A DNA stretch of 42,581 nt from a virus (taxonomy: Duplodnaviria > Heunggongvirae > Uroviricota > Caudoviricetes): the IMG/VR virus record IMGVR_UViG_3300045988_019953, positions 1 to 42,581 of that record. One strand, given 5' to 3'. Positions 7,052 through 15,572 of the stretch are shown one piece after another; position 1 is the stretch's first letter; each line of letters starts with the position of its first letter. Position numbers and translations under genes: made by a program. The notes beneath the pieces were generated by a model that was given only the letters and a program-made list of their open reading frames with translations, was not told the origin of the DNA and made no database searches.

Positions 7052-7360
7052 TTGGATAAATTTACTGAAACAGTGACGGGGTGGCTTCTGGCTGCCGCTC
7101 TAGCTGGTGGGGTAATCGGTCTACGACAACATAAGTCCGTTATTTCCGGCCCTATCGACGGCTTCTGCTTTATCGCAACTGGCTTCACTTGCGCCGTATT
7201 TGGCGCACCTCTCGCATCTCAATGGTTCGGTATCACGGGCGAGCGCGAGATAGCCGGGTTGGGCTTCATTATTGCTATTCTCTGGATGCCTATCTATTCC
7301 CGTCTCTCCGGTATCGTCGCCGGAGAATACATCGCGCGTCGAGGAGGCACAGATGAATGA
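7052..7360 (+). CDS. Putative holin (multi-TM membrane protein)
   Basis: 102 aa with several hydrophobic segments; TTG start 6 nt after GGAGGA; directly upstream of endolysin. Confidence 0.5.
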   Translation: MDKFTETVTGWLLAAALAGGVIGLRQHKSVISGPIDGFCFIATGFTCAVFGAPLASQWFGITGEREIAGLGFIIAILWMPIYSRLSGIVAGEYIARRGGTDE

Positions 7361-7625
7361 ATTATTCTGGTTCGGCGGTATGCTGGCAATCGGAGGCACA
7401 TCGCTGTTTAATGTGTATCACCCCGGCGTGGACGACGGTCTATTTGGCCGGGTGCTCTATATCCTGACCACTATCGTCTGTGCCGCCGGGTGTATCCACC
7501 TGTTACAGGGCAGCATGTCACCGACGCTGCCGGAGACATTAATCGCATTAGTTGCGCTGCGACAGATTCGTCAGGCGTGGCTGTCATACGGAGGACATAA
7601 GCGTGTCTCGAAACATTTCAGATAA
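7353..7625 (+). CDS. Second small membrane protein (holin/antiholin-like)
   Basis: ATG 7353 after GAGGAGG, overlapping upstream stop; two hydrophobic segments; track lists a longer 7272 start. Confidence 0.45.
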   Translation: MNELFWFGGMLAIGGTSLFNVYHPGVDDGLFGRVLYILTTIVCAAGCIHLLQGSMSPTLPETLIALVALRQIRQAWLSYGGHKRVSKHFR

Positions 7626-8106
7626 TGGATTGCATTTTACCGCCGCGTTTGAGGGATTCCGCGGAACTGCATACAAAGCAACAAAGAACGAAAAATACTG
7701 GACTATAGGCTGGGGTCATACCGGGCCGGATGTGTATGAAGGACAGAAGATTACTGAGGGTCAGGGGCTACTGTTGCTGAACCGTGATATGCGGTGGGCT
7801 GTGAAAGCAGTCGACGAGGTAGCACACCCCTCACTGACCCAAGCCCAGTTTGATGCCGTTGTCGACCTGGTGTTCAACGCAGGACCCGGCGTTATCGCGG
7901 CCAACACCGGAACCGGTAAGGCACTACGGCAGGGAGACATCTCCACCTTACGGCATAAGTTGAGCCAGTTCATCAACCAACGCAACCCGAAAACGGGCAA
8001 ACTCGAGCCTGTTCTCGGCCTGCGTCGCCGGACCGCCGGGCGTCTGGCGCTGTTCGACGGTAAACCGTGGCAAGAGGCTGAGGCTATCGGGAGGGCTGTT
8101 AAATGA
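7603..8106 (+). CDS. Endolysin, lysozyme-like (GH24-type) muramidase
   Basis: Motif EGFRGTAYKATKNEKYWTIGWGHTG; likely GTG start 7603 after GGAGGA rather than track ATG 7552. Confidence 0.8.
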   Translation: MSRNISDNGLHFTAAFEGFRGTAYKATKNEKYWTIGWGHTGPDVYEGQKITEGQGLLLLNRDMRWAVKAVDEVAHPSLTQAQFDAVVDLVFNAGPGVIAANTGTGKALRQGDISTLRHKLSQFINQRNPKTGKLEPVLGLRRRTAGRLALFDGKPWQEAEAIGRAVK

Positions 8107-8195
8107 CAGAGTTTGACTTCATTTTCCTGGCTATTGGAGCTGGTGCTGTAGTTGGCGCTTTCTGGGGTGCTATCGATGCGTTTCGCAAAGGTTGA
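8103..8195 (+). CDS. Small hydrophobic peptide (30 aa), possible membrane component
   Basis: ATG overlaps endolysin stop (ATGA); single hydrophobic stretch; very short, speculative. Confidence 0.3.
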   Translation: MTEFDFIFLAIGAGAVVGAFWGAIDAFRKG

Positions 8196-8260
8196 CACCT
8201 GAGACTAATCCGACGATACTTAAATCACCTCCTGTTCCATCCCTCTGCTCTCCAGTTTTA

Positions 8261-8291
8261 TCCCGGCCCTGACCCAGCCGGGATTTTTTTT
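8261..8291 (+). terminator. Rho-independent terminator (TCCCGGC...GCCGGGA plus T8)
   Basis: GC stem followed by eight T residues; ends the lysis cluster. Confidence 0.7.
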
Positions 8292-8313
8292 ATCTATTTT
8301 CTGTAATGACTAG

Positions 8314-8342
8314 TTGACTATTACCATTGACCCTATTATATT
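8314..8342 (+). promoter_or_regulatory. Promoter TTGACT-17-TATATT with leader similar to other early promoters
   Basis: Hexamers read in sequence; leader CCATCGACAACGAG resembles TTATCGAAACGAG. Confidence 0.4.
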
Positions 8343-8375
8343 TACTCCATCGACAACGAGAACGGAGTAGAGAAG

Positions 8376-8525
8376 ATGAAAATCAGAGATACCGAAGCAT
8401 TCAAAGACGCGCAACTTATGGCGAGAATCGCTGTTAGTAACCAGAGCAACAGTATCCCGGCGGACGCGTTCTGGTCCGCGGCAATGCAGACACTGAAAGC
8501 AGCTTATGCAGGAGAGAAGAAATGA
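8376..8525 (+). CDS. Small hypothetical protein (49 aa)
   Basis: ATG 8376 after GGAG; track instead lists antisense ORFs here. Confidence 0.4.
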   Translation: MKIRDTEAFKDAQLMARIAVSNQSNSIPADAFWSAAMQTLKAAYAGEKK

Positions 8526-8689
8526 GCGAACAAATGTGCGAACACGGCCTCGTAATACAGACCTTATGGATAAGGCGCAAGGTAGATAACACCCCGTTCC
8601 CGACACGCGAGGAACTGATGAAACGTAACAGTTTCCCGGGGCCGGACAAGAATAAGTATCTCAATCGCATGTGGGGAGAGAAGAAATGA
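8522..8689 (+). CDS. Small hypothetical protein (55 aa)
   Basis: ATGA overlap with upstream gene; manual translation. Confidence 0.4.
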   Translation: MSEQMCEHGLVIQTLWIRRKVDNTPFPTREELMKRNSFPGPDKNKYLNRMWGEKK

Positions 8690-8886
8690 AAAGCAAAATG
8701 AAGATGATGGTACGTGCGTACGACAAAGAACTTAAGATATTTACAGACCTAAAGAGTAACAAGCGGACGCGCCGACAGTTAGCGCGAGTAATGGCGATTG
8801 AGTGGGTCGACGGCGACTACGATATCGACTGCCAGGATGACGCGGATGAGTTCGCCCGTGATGATATTTACTATTTGATTAATTGA
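8686..8886 (+). CDS. Hypothetical protein (66 aa)
   Basis: ATG 8686 after GGGGAGAG; same frame as track ORF 8671-8886. Confidence 0.5.
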   Translation: MKSKMKMMVRAYDKELKIFTDLKSNKRTRRQLARVMAIEWVDGDYDIDCQDDADEFARDDIYYLIN

Positions 8887-8897
8887 GGCGTAAGCAT

Positions 8898-9083
8898 ATG
8901 ACCGACCGTGAATACGAAAAGATGATGGTTGAGGCCGTTAATAGCGGTGTAGACATTAGCCACGTGATGCACGTCCTGAATACTAAAATCGCTGTAGCCG
9001 AGCAAATGGTTGAGTCACTTTACGAGACACGTCGTGAACTTATTAACCGCTTCAACCTGAACAAAGGTGATACCAATGCCTAA
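8898..9083 (+). CDS. Hypothetical protein (61 aa)
   Basis: ATG 8898 in frame with track ORF 8883-9083. Confidence 0.5.
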   Translation: MTDREYEKMMVEAVNSGVDISHVMHVLNTKIAVAEQMVESLYETRRELINRFNLNKGDTNA

Positions 9084-9228
9084 AATCACAATCGCATCGC
9101 TCGAGCGCCGTATTATGGTGCTTGAGTCGGAGAAACAGACGTTAGGCCGGCAACTGTCAATTAACGGTGAGTTTCAACTGGAGGCGTTTAAGTTGTTGCT
9201 TGAGCGCATGAAGAATGAAAGCGCCTGA
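9076..9228 (+). CDS. Small hypothetical protein (50 aa)
   Basis: Manual translation MPKITIASLERRIMVLESEKQ...; overlaps neighbours at both ends. Confidence 0.4.
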   Translation: MPKITIASLERRIMVLESEKQTLGRQLSINGEFQLEAFKLLLERMKNESA

Positions 9229-9397
9229 ACCAGTAGTAATTGATGGCGCCCTGTGGAAGCCTTACTCGGTTAACCACATAGACGCCGACGGGAAGAAGTT
9301 CAGCTTCTACATTTTTGCAATTAGCCGTGAGCACGCCGCTTGTGTGGTCGATGATATACGAGAAACGGCGTGGCTCGGTGATGAGATAGTGGGGTGA
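9215..9397 (+). CDS. Hypothetical protein (60 aa)
   Basis: Track ORF with ATG start. Confidence 0.5.
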   Translation: MKAPEPVVIDGALWKPYSVNHIDADGKKFSFYIFAISREHAACVVDDIRETAWLGDEIVG

Positions 9398-9399
9398 TT

Positions 9400-9660
9400 A
9401 TGGGGCAGATTGATCAACTCAAGAAGAACAACAAAGACCTTAAGAAGGCGCTTGGTAAGATTAACGGTAAGTATTCAAAAGCGACCCAGGAACTAACCGC
9501 TGCGAAACTGGAGATTGAACACTTAACGCGTGTTCGTGACATTCTGGAGAACTCAGAAACGTTGCGTAGCCAGAGGGCATGGATGAATACAACGGTATCA
9601 ATTCTGATTGGCGTAGCAGTTGGTGTGTTAGTTATGTGGGGTATTGGGTGTGTTCAGTGA
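9400..9660 (+). CDS. Coiled-coil protein with C-terminal transmembrane segment
   Basis: ATG 9400 after GGGGTGA; C-terminal SILIGVAVGVLVMWGIG is hydrophobic. Confidence 0.5.
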   Translation: MGQIDQLKKNNKDLKKALGKINGKYSKATQELTAAKLEIEHLTRVRDILENSETLRSQRAWMNTTVSILIGVAVGVLVMWGIGCVQ

Positions 9661-9820
9661 CATCAACGCAGCAATCGAAGAAGCAATCTGGCGTCGATAC
9701 AACGGTGAGCAACAGCGGCACTTCTGCCTCGTGCAACGCGGTAACATGATTGCCGTAGTGCAGGACCGCGATAACAAATATCCTAATGCGATGTGGACAA
9801 CGAGGAATTTCTTAGGATGA
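9650..9820 (+). CDS. Possible small protein (56 aa, GTG start uncertain)
   Basis: Open frame ending in TGA that overlaps the next ATG (ATGA); start codon ambiguous. Confidence 0.3.
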   Translation: MFSDINAAIEEAIWRRYNGEQQRHFCLVQRGNMIAVVQDRDNKYPNAMWTTRNFLG

Positions 9821-10053
9821 TTACCAGCATTCCTAACCTGATTAAAGAATTTGGCACGATGGCCGAGACATGCCGACAAACCGGCATCAACGAAATGACG
9901 ATTGCGAAGTACAGCAAAGACGTTAATTGCGAGCGCCACGTAATTTATAACAATCGTCTGATGACGCACGTTAAGACAAGCCCGGTGTTATTCACGCGCC
10001 GTGGTATCACTAAAACAGAGCAACGCATCGCTAAAGAGGAGAGTGAGGAATGA
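9817..10053 (+). CDS. Small protein with possible HTH (78 aa)
   Basis: ATG 9817; segment ETCRQTGINEMTIAKYSK is HTH-like; track lists an upstream GTG start 9793. Confidence 0.45.
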   Translation: MITSIPNLIKEFGTMAETCRQTGINEMTIAKYSKDVNCERHVIYNNRLMTHVKTSPVLFTRRGITKTEQRIAKEESEE

Positions 10054-10232
10054 TTGAGGTTTTAGAGTTTCTTAGCCGGTTTGGAAATAATGTATTTATT
10101 ATGGCGTTCGCATGGGCGCTTATATCAAGTTGGTCCGTAGTGAAGCAACTACCTAAGCTTCAATTATGGATGATTGTTGGCGGACTATACGTCTCTGGTA
10201 TCGCGGGCATCCTTTTGTGGTTTTTCAAATGA
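10050..10232 (+). CDS. Small membrane protein (two predicted TM helices)
   Basis: 60 aa, two hydrophobic stretches; last gene of the early rightward cluster. Confidence 0.5.
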   Translation: MIEVLEFLSRFGNNVFIMAFAWALISSWSVVKQLPKLQLWMIVGGLYVSGIAGILLWFFK

Positions 10233-10333
10233 GATTACTAATAATCCCTAACGCCTGGGCCATTCCCGTAACCAACGACCATTACGGCGGCGATGGTAAA
10301 AGAGCACCACGTCACGGCTTATACAACTGATAC

Positions 10334-10356
10334 AAGCCCCCTACGGAGGGCTTTTC
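10334..10356 (+). terminator. Terminator-like hairpin AAGCCCCC-TAC-GGAGGGCTT plus T-rich tail
   Basis: GC stem with one bulge followed by TTTTCTG. Confidence 0.5.
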
Positions 10357-10386
10357 TGTACATCCCGCCCAATCACCTTATATAAT
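10357..10386 (+). promoter_or_regulatory. Candidate promoter for packaging/structural operon (perfect -10 TATAAT at 10381-10386)
   Basis: TATAAT read in sequence; -35 weak (TGTACA at 18-bp spacing); sits just before terS. Confidence 0.4.
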
Positions 10387-10392
10387 CCCTTT

Positions 10393-10433
10393 AGACGCGT
10401 AGGGCGCGTCTGGTGCGCTCTGATGGTCAGACG
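10393..10433 (+). promoter_or_regulatory. Two adjacent inverted repeats in the terS leader
   Basis: AGACGCG-TAGGG-CGCGTCT at 10393-10411 (perfect 7-bp arms) and GCGCTCTGA...TCAGACGC at 10414-10433. Confidence 0.4.
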
Positions 10434-10451
10434 CATATGCAAGGGGATTCT

Positions 10452-10997
10452 ATGAAGCTGAAACTCAAGCAGCCATCGCCAGAGGTGGTGCAAGCTGCGC
10501 ATGAAGAAGCTGTTAGCGCAAACCGTCGCCGTAGGCGACCACGCGGTAAACAGAGCCTTTATCAATCATCCCGTAATTCCGCCGCATTGTGGGACCCGGA
10601 CTATTGCGACGAACTGATTCGTTTCTTCGACCGCACGTCATGGGAACTTGTGCCCACGTCTAAGGGTGACGAACGCCCGCTGATTCAGGATAAGCCGCCG
10701 TCGCTGGCCCGCTTCGCCTTACACATCGGCGTCACTATCCCGATCATCAAGCTGTGGCTGCGTGAGATTCCAGCTTTTGCAGAAGCATATGAGACAGCAC
10801 AGGCGCTGGAAGAGGCGTATTTCACTGAGACAGGGGCCGCGGGTATCTCCGCTACGTTTGCTGCCGCGAAGCTGGGCCTCGGTAAAGAGAAACCAGTTGA
10901 ATCTACAGAAGAGACAGCACCGACTGAGATTATTTTCAGTGTCGCGGAGCCTGTAGGTAAAATCGTAACAACGAATATGGGCGAGGTAGAGGAATGA
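10452..10997 (+). CDS. terS: Putative terminase small subunit
   Basis: Directly upstream of and overlapping terL; ATG 10452 after AAGGGGA; assignment by position, no motif verified. Confidence 0.5.
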   Translation: MKLKLKQPSPEVVQAAHEEAVSANRRRRRPRGKQSLYQSSRNSAALWDPDYCDELIRFFDRTSWELVPTSKGDERPLIQDKPPSLARFALHIGVTIPIIKLWLREIPAFAEAYETAQALEEAYFTETGAAGISATFAAAKLGLGKEKPVESTEETAPTEIIFSVAEPVGKIVTTNMGEVEE

Positions 10998-12244
10998 GTA
11001 TTCAGCTATCCGCGCCACAGGCTTTGTTCCTGAATTGTGACAATAAATACAAAGCATACGTCGGCGGCTTCGGAAGCGGCAAAACATTTGTCGGCTGTCT
11101 CGACCTGCTTACGTTTATGCTTAAGCACCCCGGTACGCGCCTGGGCTACTTCGGCCCGACATACCCGGCCATACGCGACATCTTCTACCCGACATTCGAG
11201 GAAGCGGCTAACCTGCTTGGCCTTGATGTGCTGGTTAAATCCGGCGACAAAGAGGTTGTGGTTACTCGCGGTAAGACGGTGCTCGGAACTGTTATCTGCC
11301 GTTCGATGGATAACCCCGGTTCGATAGTCGGCTTCAAAATCGCGGCTGCGGTAGTGGATGAACTGGACGTATTGAGCCGCGAGAAAGCTGAGCTGGCGTG
11401 GAACAAAATTGTGGCCCGTATGCGTCTGGTTATACCTGGCGTAACTAACCACATCTCTGTCACCACGACACCGGAAGGATTCAAGTTCGTCTACGCCAAG
11501 TTCAAAGAGAACCCGACGCCGAGTTACTCAATGGTGCAGGCTTCTACACACGAGAACGCGCGATTCCTGCCGCCGGATTACATTAGCTCGCTTACAGAGA
11601 CTTACCCGGCGCAACTGATTAACGCATATCTGAACGGTGAGTTCGTCAACCTTACCTCCGGCAGCGTGTATTACGCGTACGACCGCCGTAAGCACCGCAG
11701 CAAAGAGACAATTCATCCGGGCGACACGCTGTACATCGGGCAGGACTTCAACGTTACGAAGAACGCCAGCGCTGTGTACGTGCAGCGTAAAGACGGCTGG
11801 CACGCGGTTGCTGAACTGAAGGGCCTGTTCGATACGCCAGACACCGTGCGTGTAATTACTGAGAAGTGGAAATCGCAGGGCCACCGCATCGTCGTTTACC
11901 CCGATGCCAGCGGCAAGAACCGCAAAACCAACTCAGCATCAATCTCTGATATCGCATTACTCCAGCAGGCCGGGTTCGACGTTCGCGCTAAATCCGCCAA
12001 CCCCCCAGTTAAAGACCGTGTTTTAGCGGTGAATACCGCGCTGGAAAAAGGTAAGCTGTGGGTTAATGACCACTTATGCCCTGAGATAGCCAAGACGCTG
12101 GAGCAGCAGGCATACGATGATAACGGGGAGCCCGCTAAAGATGGCATCATTGACCATATGGCGGATGCTCTCGGCTATCCTGTAGTTTACGAGATGCCGG
12201 TGGTTAAACCAGTAATCAACATCCCGGTGACTTTCGCACTTTAA
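10994..12244 (+). CDS. terL: Terminase large subunit (ATPase plus nuclease)
   Basis: Walker A GGFGSGKT and Walker B-like AAVVDELD; acidic residues in C-terminal region; followed by portal. Confidence 0.85.
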   Translation: MSIQLSAPQALFLNCDNKYKAYVGGFGSGKTFVGCLDLLTFMLKHPGTRLGYFGPTYPAIRDIFYPTFEEAANLLGLDVLVKSGDKEVVVTRGKTVLGTVICRSMDNPGSIVGFKIAAAVVDELDVLSREKAELAWNKIVARMRLVIPGVTNHISVTTTPEGFKFVYAKFKENPTPSYSMVQASTHENARFLPPDYISSLTETYPAQLINAYLNGEFVNLTSGSVYYAYDRRKHRSKETIHPGDTLYIGQDFNVTKNASAVYVQRKDGWHAVAELKGLFDTPDTVRVITEKWKSQGHRIVVYPDASGKNRKTNSASISDIALLQQAGFDVRAKSANPPVKDRVLAVNTALEKGKLWVNDHLCPEIAKTLEQQAYDDNGEPAKDGIIDHMADALGYPVVYEMPVVKPVINIPVTFAL

Positions 12245-12256
12245 GAGGATTATTCA

Positions 12257-13732
12257 ATGTTAACTATGAACGGTCAGAATCAGGGTGTTAAGACAAAACA
12301 CCGAGAATGGCTGCATCACTTCAATAAATGGCAGAAAGTGCGTCACGCGCTGGAAGGCGACCTTATTCGCTATCTCCACGACGTAGGGAAGAACGAGCCT
12401 GACCCTACCTATGCAGCACAGCGCCAGGAAGAATACGAGAACGGAGCTATCTGCTACAACTTCACCAAGCGAACGCTGGCGGGGATGGTCGGCAGTGTCA
12501 TGCGCAAAGACCCTGAACAGATTATCCCGCCTGAACTTGAGTACCTGTTACGTAATGCCGACGGTTCCGGTGTCGGGCTGTGGCAGCACGCGCAGGATAC
12601 GCTAATGGAGATTGACTCAGTGGGCCGTGGTGGGTTGCTGGTTGATGCCCCGGAGACAGCTGCGGCAACGGCAGCCGAACAGAACGCGGGATTATTAAAC
12701 CCGGTCATCGCATTCTACACTGCGGAAAACATTATCAACTGGCGACTTACCCGCGTCGGTTCAGTTAACCGCGTGACTATGGTTGTGTTGCGTGAGGTAT
12801 GGGAGTACTCAGAACCGGGCGCAGAGTTCGAAACTAAGTTTGGTGAACAATACCGCGTTCTCGATTTGATTGACGGGCGTTACCGCCATCGAATATATCG
12901 CTTCGATGCCGAAGGTGGCGCTCAGGATGAAGTAATCGAAATATTCCCGGAACTTGGTGAACAGTTGCACGGTAGAATCCCATTCACGTTTATTGGTGCA
13001 AGCAACAACGACGCCACCATCGACGATGCGCCTTTGCTGCCGTTAGCTGAGCTTAATATTGGGCACTTCCGTAACAGCGCAGACAATGAGGAGTCCAGCT
13101 TCGTTGCGGGCCAGCCCACTCTGTTCATCGCCCCGGGCGAGAACATGAGTATGGAACAGTGGAAAGAGGCCAACCCTCACGGTGTCCGCATGGGGTCGCG
13201 TTCTGGCCATAACATCGGTTACGGCGGCAATGCGTTTCTGGTTCAGGCAGGAGCGAACAACCTTGCCAAACAGAATATGCTGGATAAAGAGAACCAGGCA
13301 ATCCAGATTGGTGCACAGCTTATCACCCCTACCCAGCAAATCACCGCTGAATCGGCCCGCTTGCAACGCGGCGCTGACACATCAGTTATGGCAACAATCG
13401 CACGTAACGTAAGCATGGCGTACACCGATGCGTTGCGCTGGGCGGCTGCGATGCTAGGGTTGCGCGAAGACACAGAGATTGAATTCAAGCTGAATATGGA
13501 GTTCTTCCTGCAACCGATGACCGCCCAGGACCGTGCTCAGTGGATGGCCGATATTAACGCGGGCCTGTTACCGGCTACTGCCTACTACGCGGCATTGCGC
13601 AAGGCTGGGGTGACTGACTGGACCGACGAGGACATTCAGAACGCTATCGAGGATGCGCCTCTGCCGTTGGCTACACAGACTACCGGGGAGATTCCGTCTA
13701 CAGCGCAGCAGGATGAAGAGGCGAAGCAATGA
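12257..13732 (+). CDS. Portal protein
   Basis: 491 aa immediately after terL with acidic C-terminus; assignment by size and synteny. Confidence 0.7.
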   Translation: MLTMNGQNQGVKTKHREWLHHFNKWQKVRHALEGDLIRYLHDVGKNEPDPTYAAQRQEEYENGAICYNFTKRTLAGMVGSVMRKDPEQIIPPELEYLLRNADGSGVGLWQHAQDTLMEIDSVGRGGLLVDAPETAAATAAEQNAGLLNPVIAFYTAENIINWRLTRVGSVNRVTMVVLREVWEYSEPGAEFETKFGEQYRVLDLIDGRYRHRIYRFDAEGGAQDEVIEIFPELGEQLHGRIPFTFIGASNNDATIDDAPLLPLAELNIGHFRNSADNEESSFVAGQPTLFIAPGENMSMEQWKEANPHGVRMGSRSGHNIGYGGNAFLVQAGANNLAKQNMLDKENQAIQIGAQLITPTQQITAESARLQRGADTSVMATIARNVSMAYTDALRWAAAMLGLREDTEIEFKLNMEFFLQPMTAQDRAQWMADINAGLLPATAYYAALRKAGVTDWTDEDIQNAIEDAPLPLATQTTGEIPSTAQQDEEAKQ

Positions 13733-14808
13733 GCCAGCTATCACAGATGATTATCAGCCATCAAATATGGCTACAGAGACTCGGAACGCAAACAGCGTCG
13801 CTGTCCGTCCCCTTCGTCAATAAGATGCGGGCTGAGGTGCGCGACGCGGTGCTTAAGTTCGGTGACGACGCGCGAACAGTGAAGAAGCTGAATAAAATGC
13901 TGGCAAGCCTGGATGGCGTCCTGGATGACGTCACCGGCGACTGGAAGAGCACGATAGAGAAGAGCCTGCGCGAGATTGCCGACTACGAGAATAAGTGGTT
14001 TATCCATACGCTGGAGGCCAACACGAAGCCGAAAACGTTCATTACTGGACCTACGGCAGAAGAACTGTGGTCGCGTATCAAGTTCGCACCACTGGCGCTG
14101 GGTAACGCACCTGTTGGCGTTATGGACCTGATGTCCGGTTGGGCCCAGACTGAGCGTAACCGCCTTGTCCGCGGCGTACAGACCGGCTTTGTGCAGGGAC
14201 AGACAACCCGCCAGATTGTCTCTGCCGTTGCGGGCCCTGGCGGCCTGGCTGATATCTCTGAGCGCAACGTAATGACGGTAGTCCGAACAGCAGTGAGCCA
14301 CGTATCGAACACGGCGCGAGATTCTGTGTACGACAGCAACAGCGATATTGTGAGCAAATATCAGTGGGTATCTACGCTCGACAGCCGCACTTCGACTGTA
14401 TGTAAGTCGCGCGACGGCCAGAAATATGACGTAGGTAGAGGGCCTATGCCCCCTGCACACCCAAACTGTCGCAGTACCACTATCCCGGTAATCGAAGATG
14501 ACTTCCTGGACTTTCTCGACGAGGGGGCTAAGCGGGCGGCTAAGGGCGCGGAAGGCGGTACTCAGGTAAGCGCAGACACCACTTATTACGAGTTCCTGAA
14601 ACAACAACCGGCATGGTTTCAGGACCAGGCTCTAGGACCTGTTCGCGGTAAGATTTTCCGTAACAGCGGTATATCGCCGGAAGAGTTTCGCGTAATATCT
14701 GTAGATGGTTTCGGGAATCCGCTCACGCTTAAGCAGATGGCGGAACTCGATAAACGTGTTGCTGATTATCTGAAAGGGACTAATGATGGGCTTTTTCAAA
14801 GTAACTGA
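13729..14808 (+). CDS. Head morphogenesis protein (Mu F / SPP1 gp7-like)
   Basis: Conserved block YQWVSTLDSRTSTVCKSRDGQKYD...PPAHPNCRSTTIP; follows portal. Confidence 0.75.
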   Translation: MSQLSQMIISHQIWLQRLGTQTASLSVPFVNKMRAEVRDAVLKFGDDARTVKKLNKMLASLDGVLDDVTGDWKSTIEKSLREIADYENKWFIHTLEANTKPKTFITGPTAEELWSRIKFAPLALGNAPVGVMDLMSGWAQTERNRLVRGVQTGFVQGQTTRQIVSAVAGPGGLADISERNVMTVVRTAVSHVSNTARDSVYDSNSDIVSKYQWVSTLDSRTSTVCKSRDGQKYDVGRGPMPPAHPNCRSTTIPVIEDDFLDFLDEGAKRAAKGAEGGTQVSADTTYYEFLKQQPAWFQDQALGPVRGKIFRNSGISPEEFRVISVDGFGNPLTLKQMAELDKRVADYLKGTNDGLFQSN

Positions 14809-15244
14809 TGTGCCGTCGCGCCGTGTAGTCCAGTACGCCCGTGTGTCTGGCTCTGGTGAGAACGTGGTGTTTATTGAAGATGAAAGTGTACTAGGTACAC
14901 CAGTAGACGATATGCCGTTTGCGGATAAGACAGGCATCGCACTTCCTGCGGCTGGTATGCTCTATGAAATTCCGTATCTGGCGGACGCTGGCGACGTGTA
15001 TTTCTCCGTACAACCGAAAGACACGGAACTGGCAGACGGCAGCGCAACTATCACTGTTGAAGTTAAGGCTGGCAAAGCGCCATATGCGCTGACCTGGTAC
15101 AAAGACGGTAAGGAAGTGGTAAACGCCCCGGAAGAGGCTCTGTCTTTGACAGTTAATGCAGTCGGTGAATACTTCGTTAAAGTTACTGATGCCGATGGTG
15201 TAGAGGCCGTAAGCAAAGCGGCGAAGGTTACTAAGCCGGAATGA
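14783..15244 (+). CDS. Hypothetical structural protein with Ig-like C-terminal domain
   Basis: C-terminal segment resembles bacterial Ig-like domains and the one in 18595-18948; start uncertain (overlaps upstream gene). Confidence 0.5.
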   Translation: MMGFFKVTDVPSRRVVQYARVSGSGENVVFIEDESVLGTPVDDMPFADKTGIALPAAGMLYEIPYLADAGDVYFSVQPKDTELADGSATITVEVKAGKAPYALTWYKDGKEVVNAPEEALSLTVNAVGEYFVKVTDADGVEAVSKAAKVTKPE

Positions 15245-15246
15245 TA

Positions 15247-15272
15247 AAAGGCCCCTTTCGGGGCCTTAGTTT
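15247..15272. terminator. Bidirectional rho-independent terminator (AAGGCCCC-TTTC-GGGGCCTT)
   Basis: 8-bp GC stem with A/T-rich flanks on both sides; between convergent genes. Confidence 0.65.
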
Positions 15273-15517
15273 TATCGCACTCTCATAAATAGCTTACCTT
15301 TGCGCTGTAACAAATCCATGCCAACAGCACCTTCACCAGATTTGTTCGGGCGGCGCATTAAACTAAAGTTCCATACTCTAGCTTTTGAAGCATCTTTCGC
15401 GTTGCACACCCAAAGTCTACCGCTTTCTCTTAGGTCAAATAAGTCCGATATACTGAAATTATTAACTGGTATGAATCCGCTAATGAACTCACGTTCACAA
15501 CTAGGTAATTCTTGCAT
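15272..15517 (-). CDS. Hypothetical protein, paralog B of 4876-5166
   Basis: 81 aa; ATG 15515-15517 with GGAGGG RBS; about 80 percent identical by eye to paralog A. Confidence 0.6.
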   Translation of the reverse strand: MQELPSCEREFISGFIPVNNFSISDLFDLRESGRLWVCNAKDASKARVWNFSLMRRPNKSGEGAVGMDLLQRKGKLFMRVR

Positions 15518-15543
15518 ACACCCTCCTCGTTTCGATGTAATGA

Positions 15544-15572
15544 ATAGTACCCTATTATATTGGTGTCTGCAA
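15544..15572 (-). promoter_or_regulatory. Early-type promoter on minus strand (TTGCAG-17-TACTAT) with dyad AATAG-N4-CTATT (15543-15556)
   Basis: 23-mer identical to 24940-24962 and a 1-mismatch reverse complement of 4639-4661; leader matches early promoter leaders. Confidence 0.55.

Noticed and set aside
8310-8670. Minus-strand track ORFs 8310-8606 and 8434-8670
   Set aside because: This region follows a plus-strand promoter and contains coupled plus-strand small ORFs with RBSs; the minus-strand frames are Cys/Arg-rich with no upstream promoter or RBS.
13771-14607. 278-aa minus-strand ORF inside the head morphogenesis gene
   Set aside because: Antisense to a gene carrying the conserved Mu F-type motif; shadow ORF.
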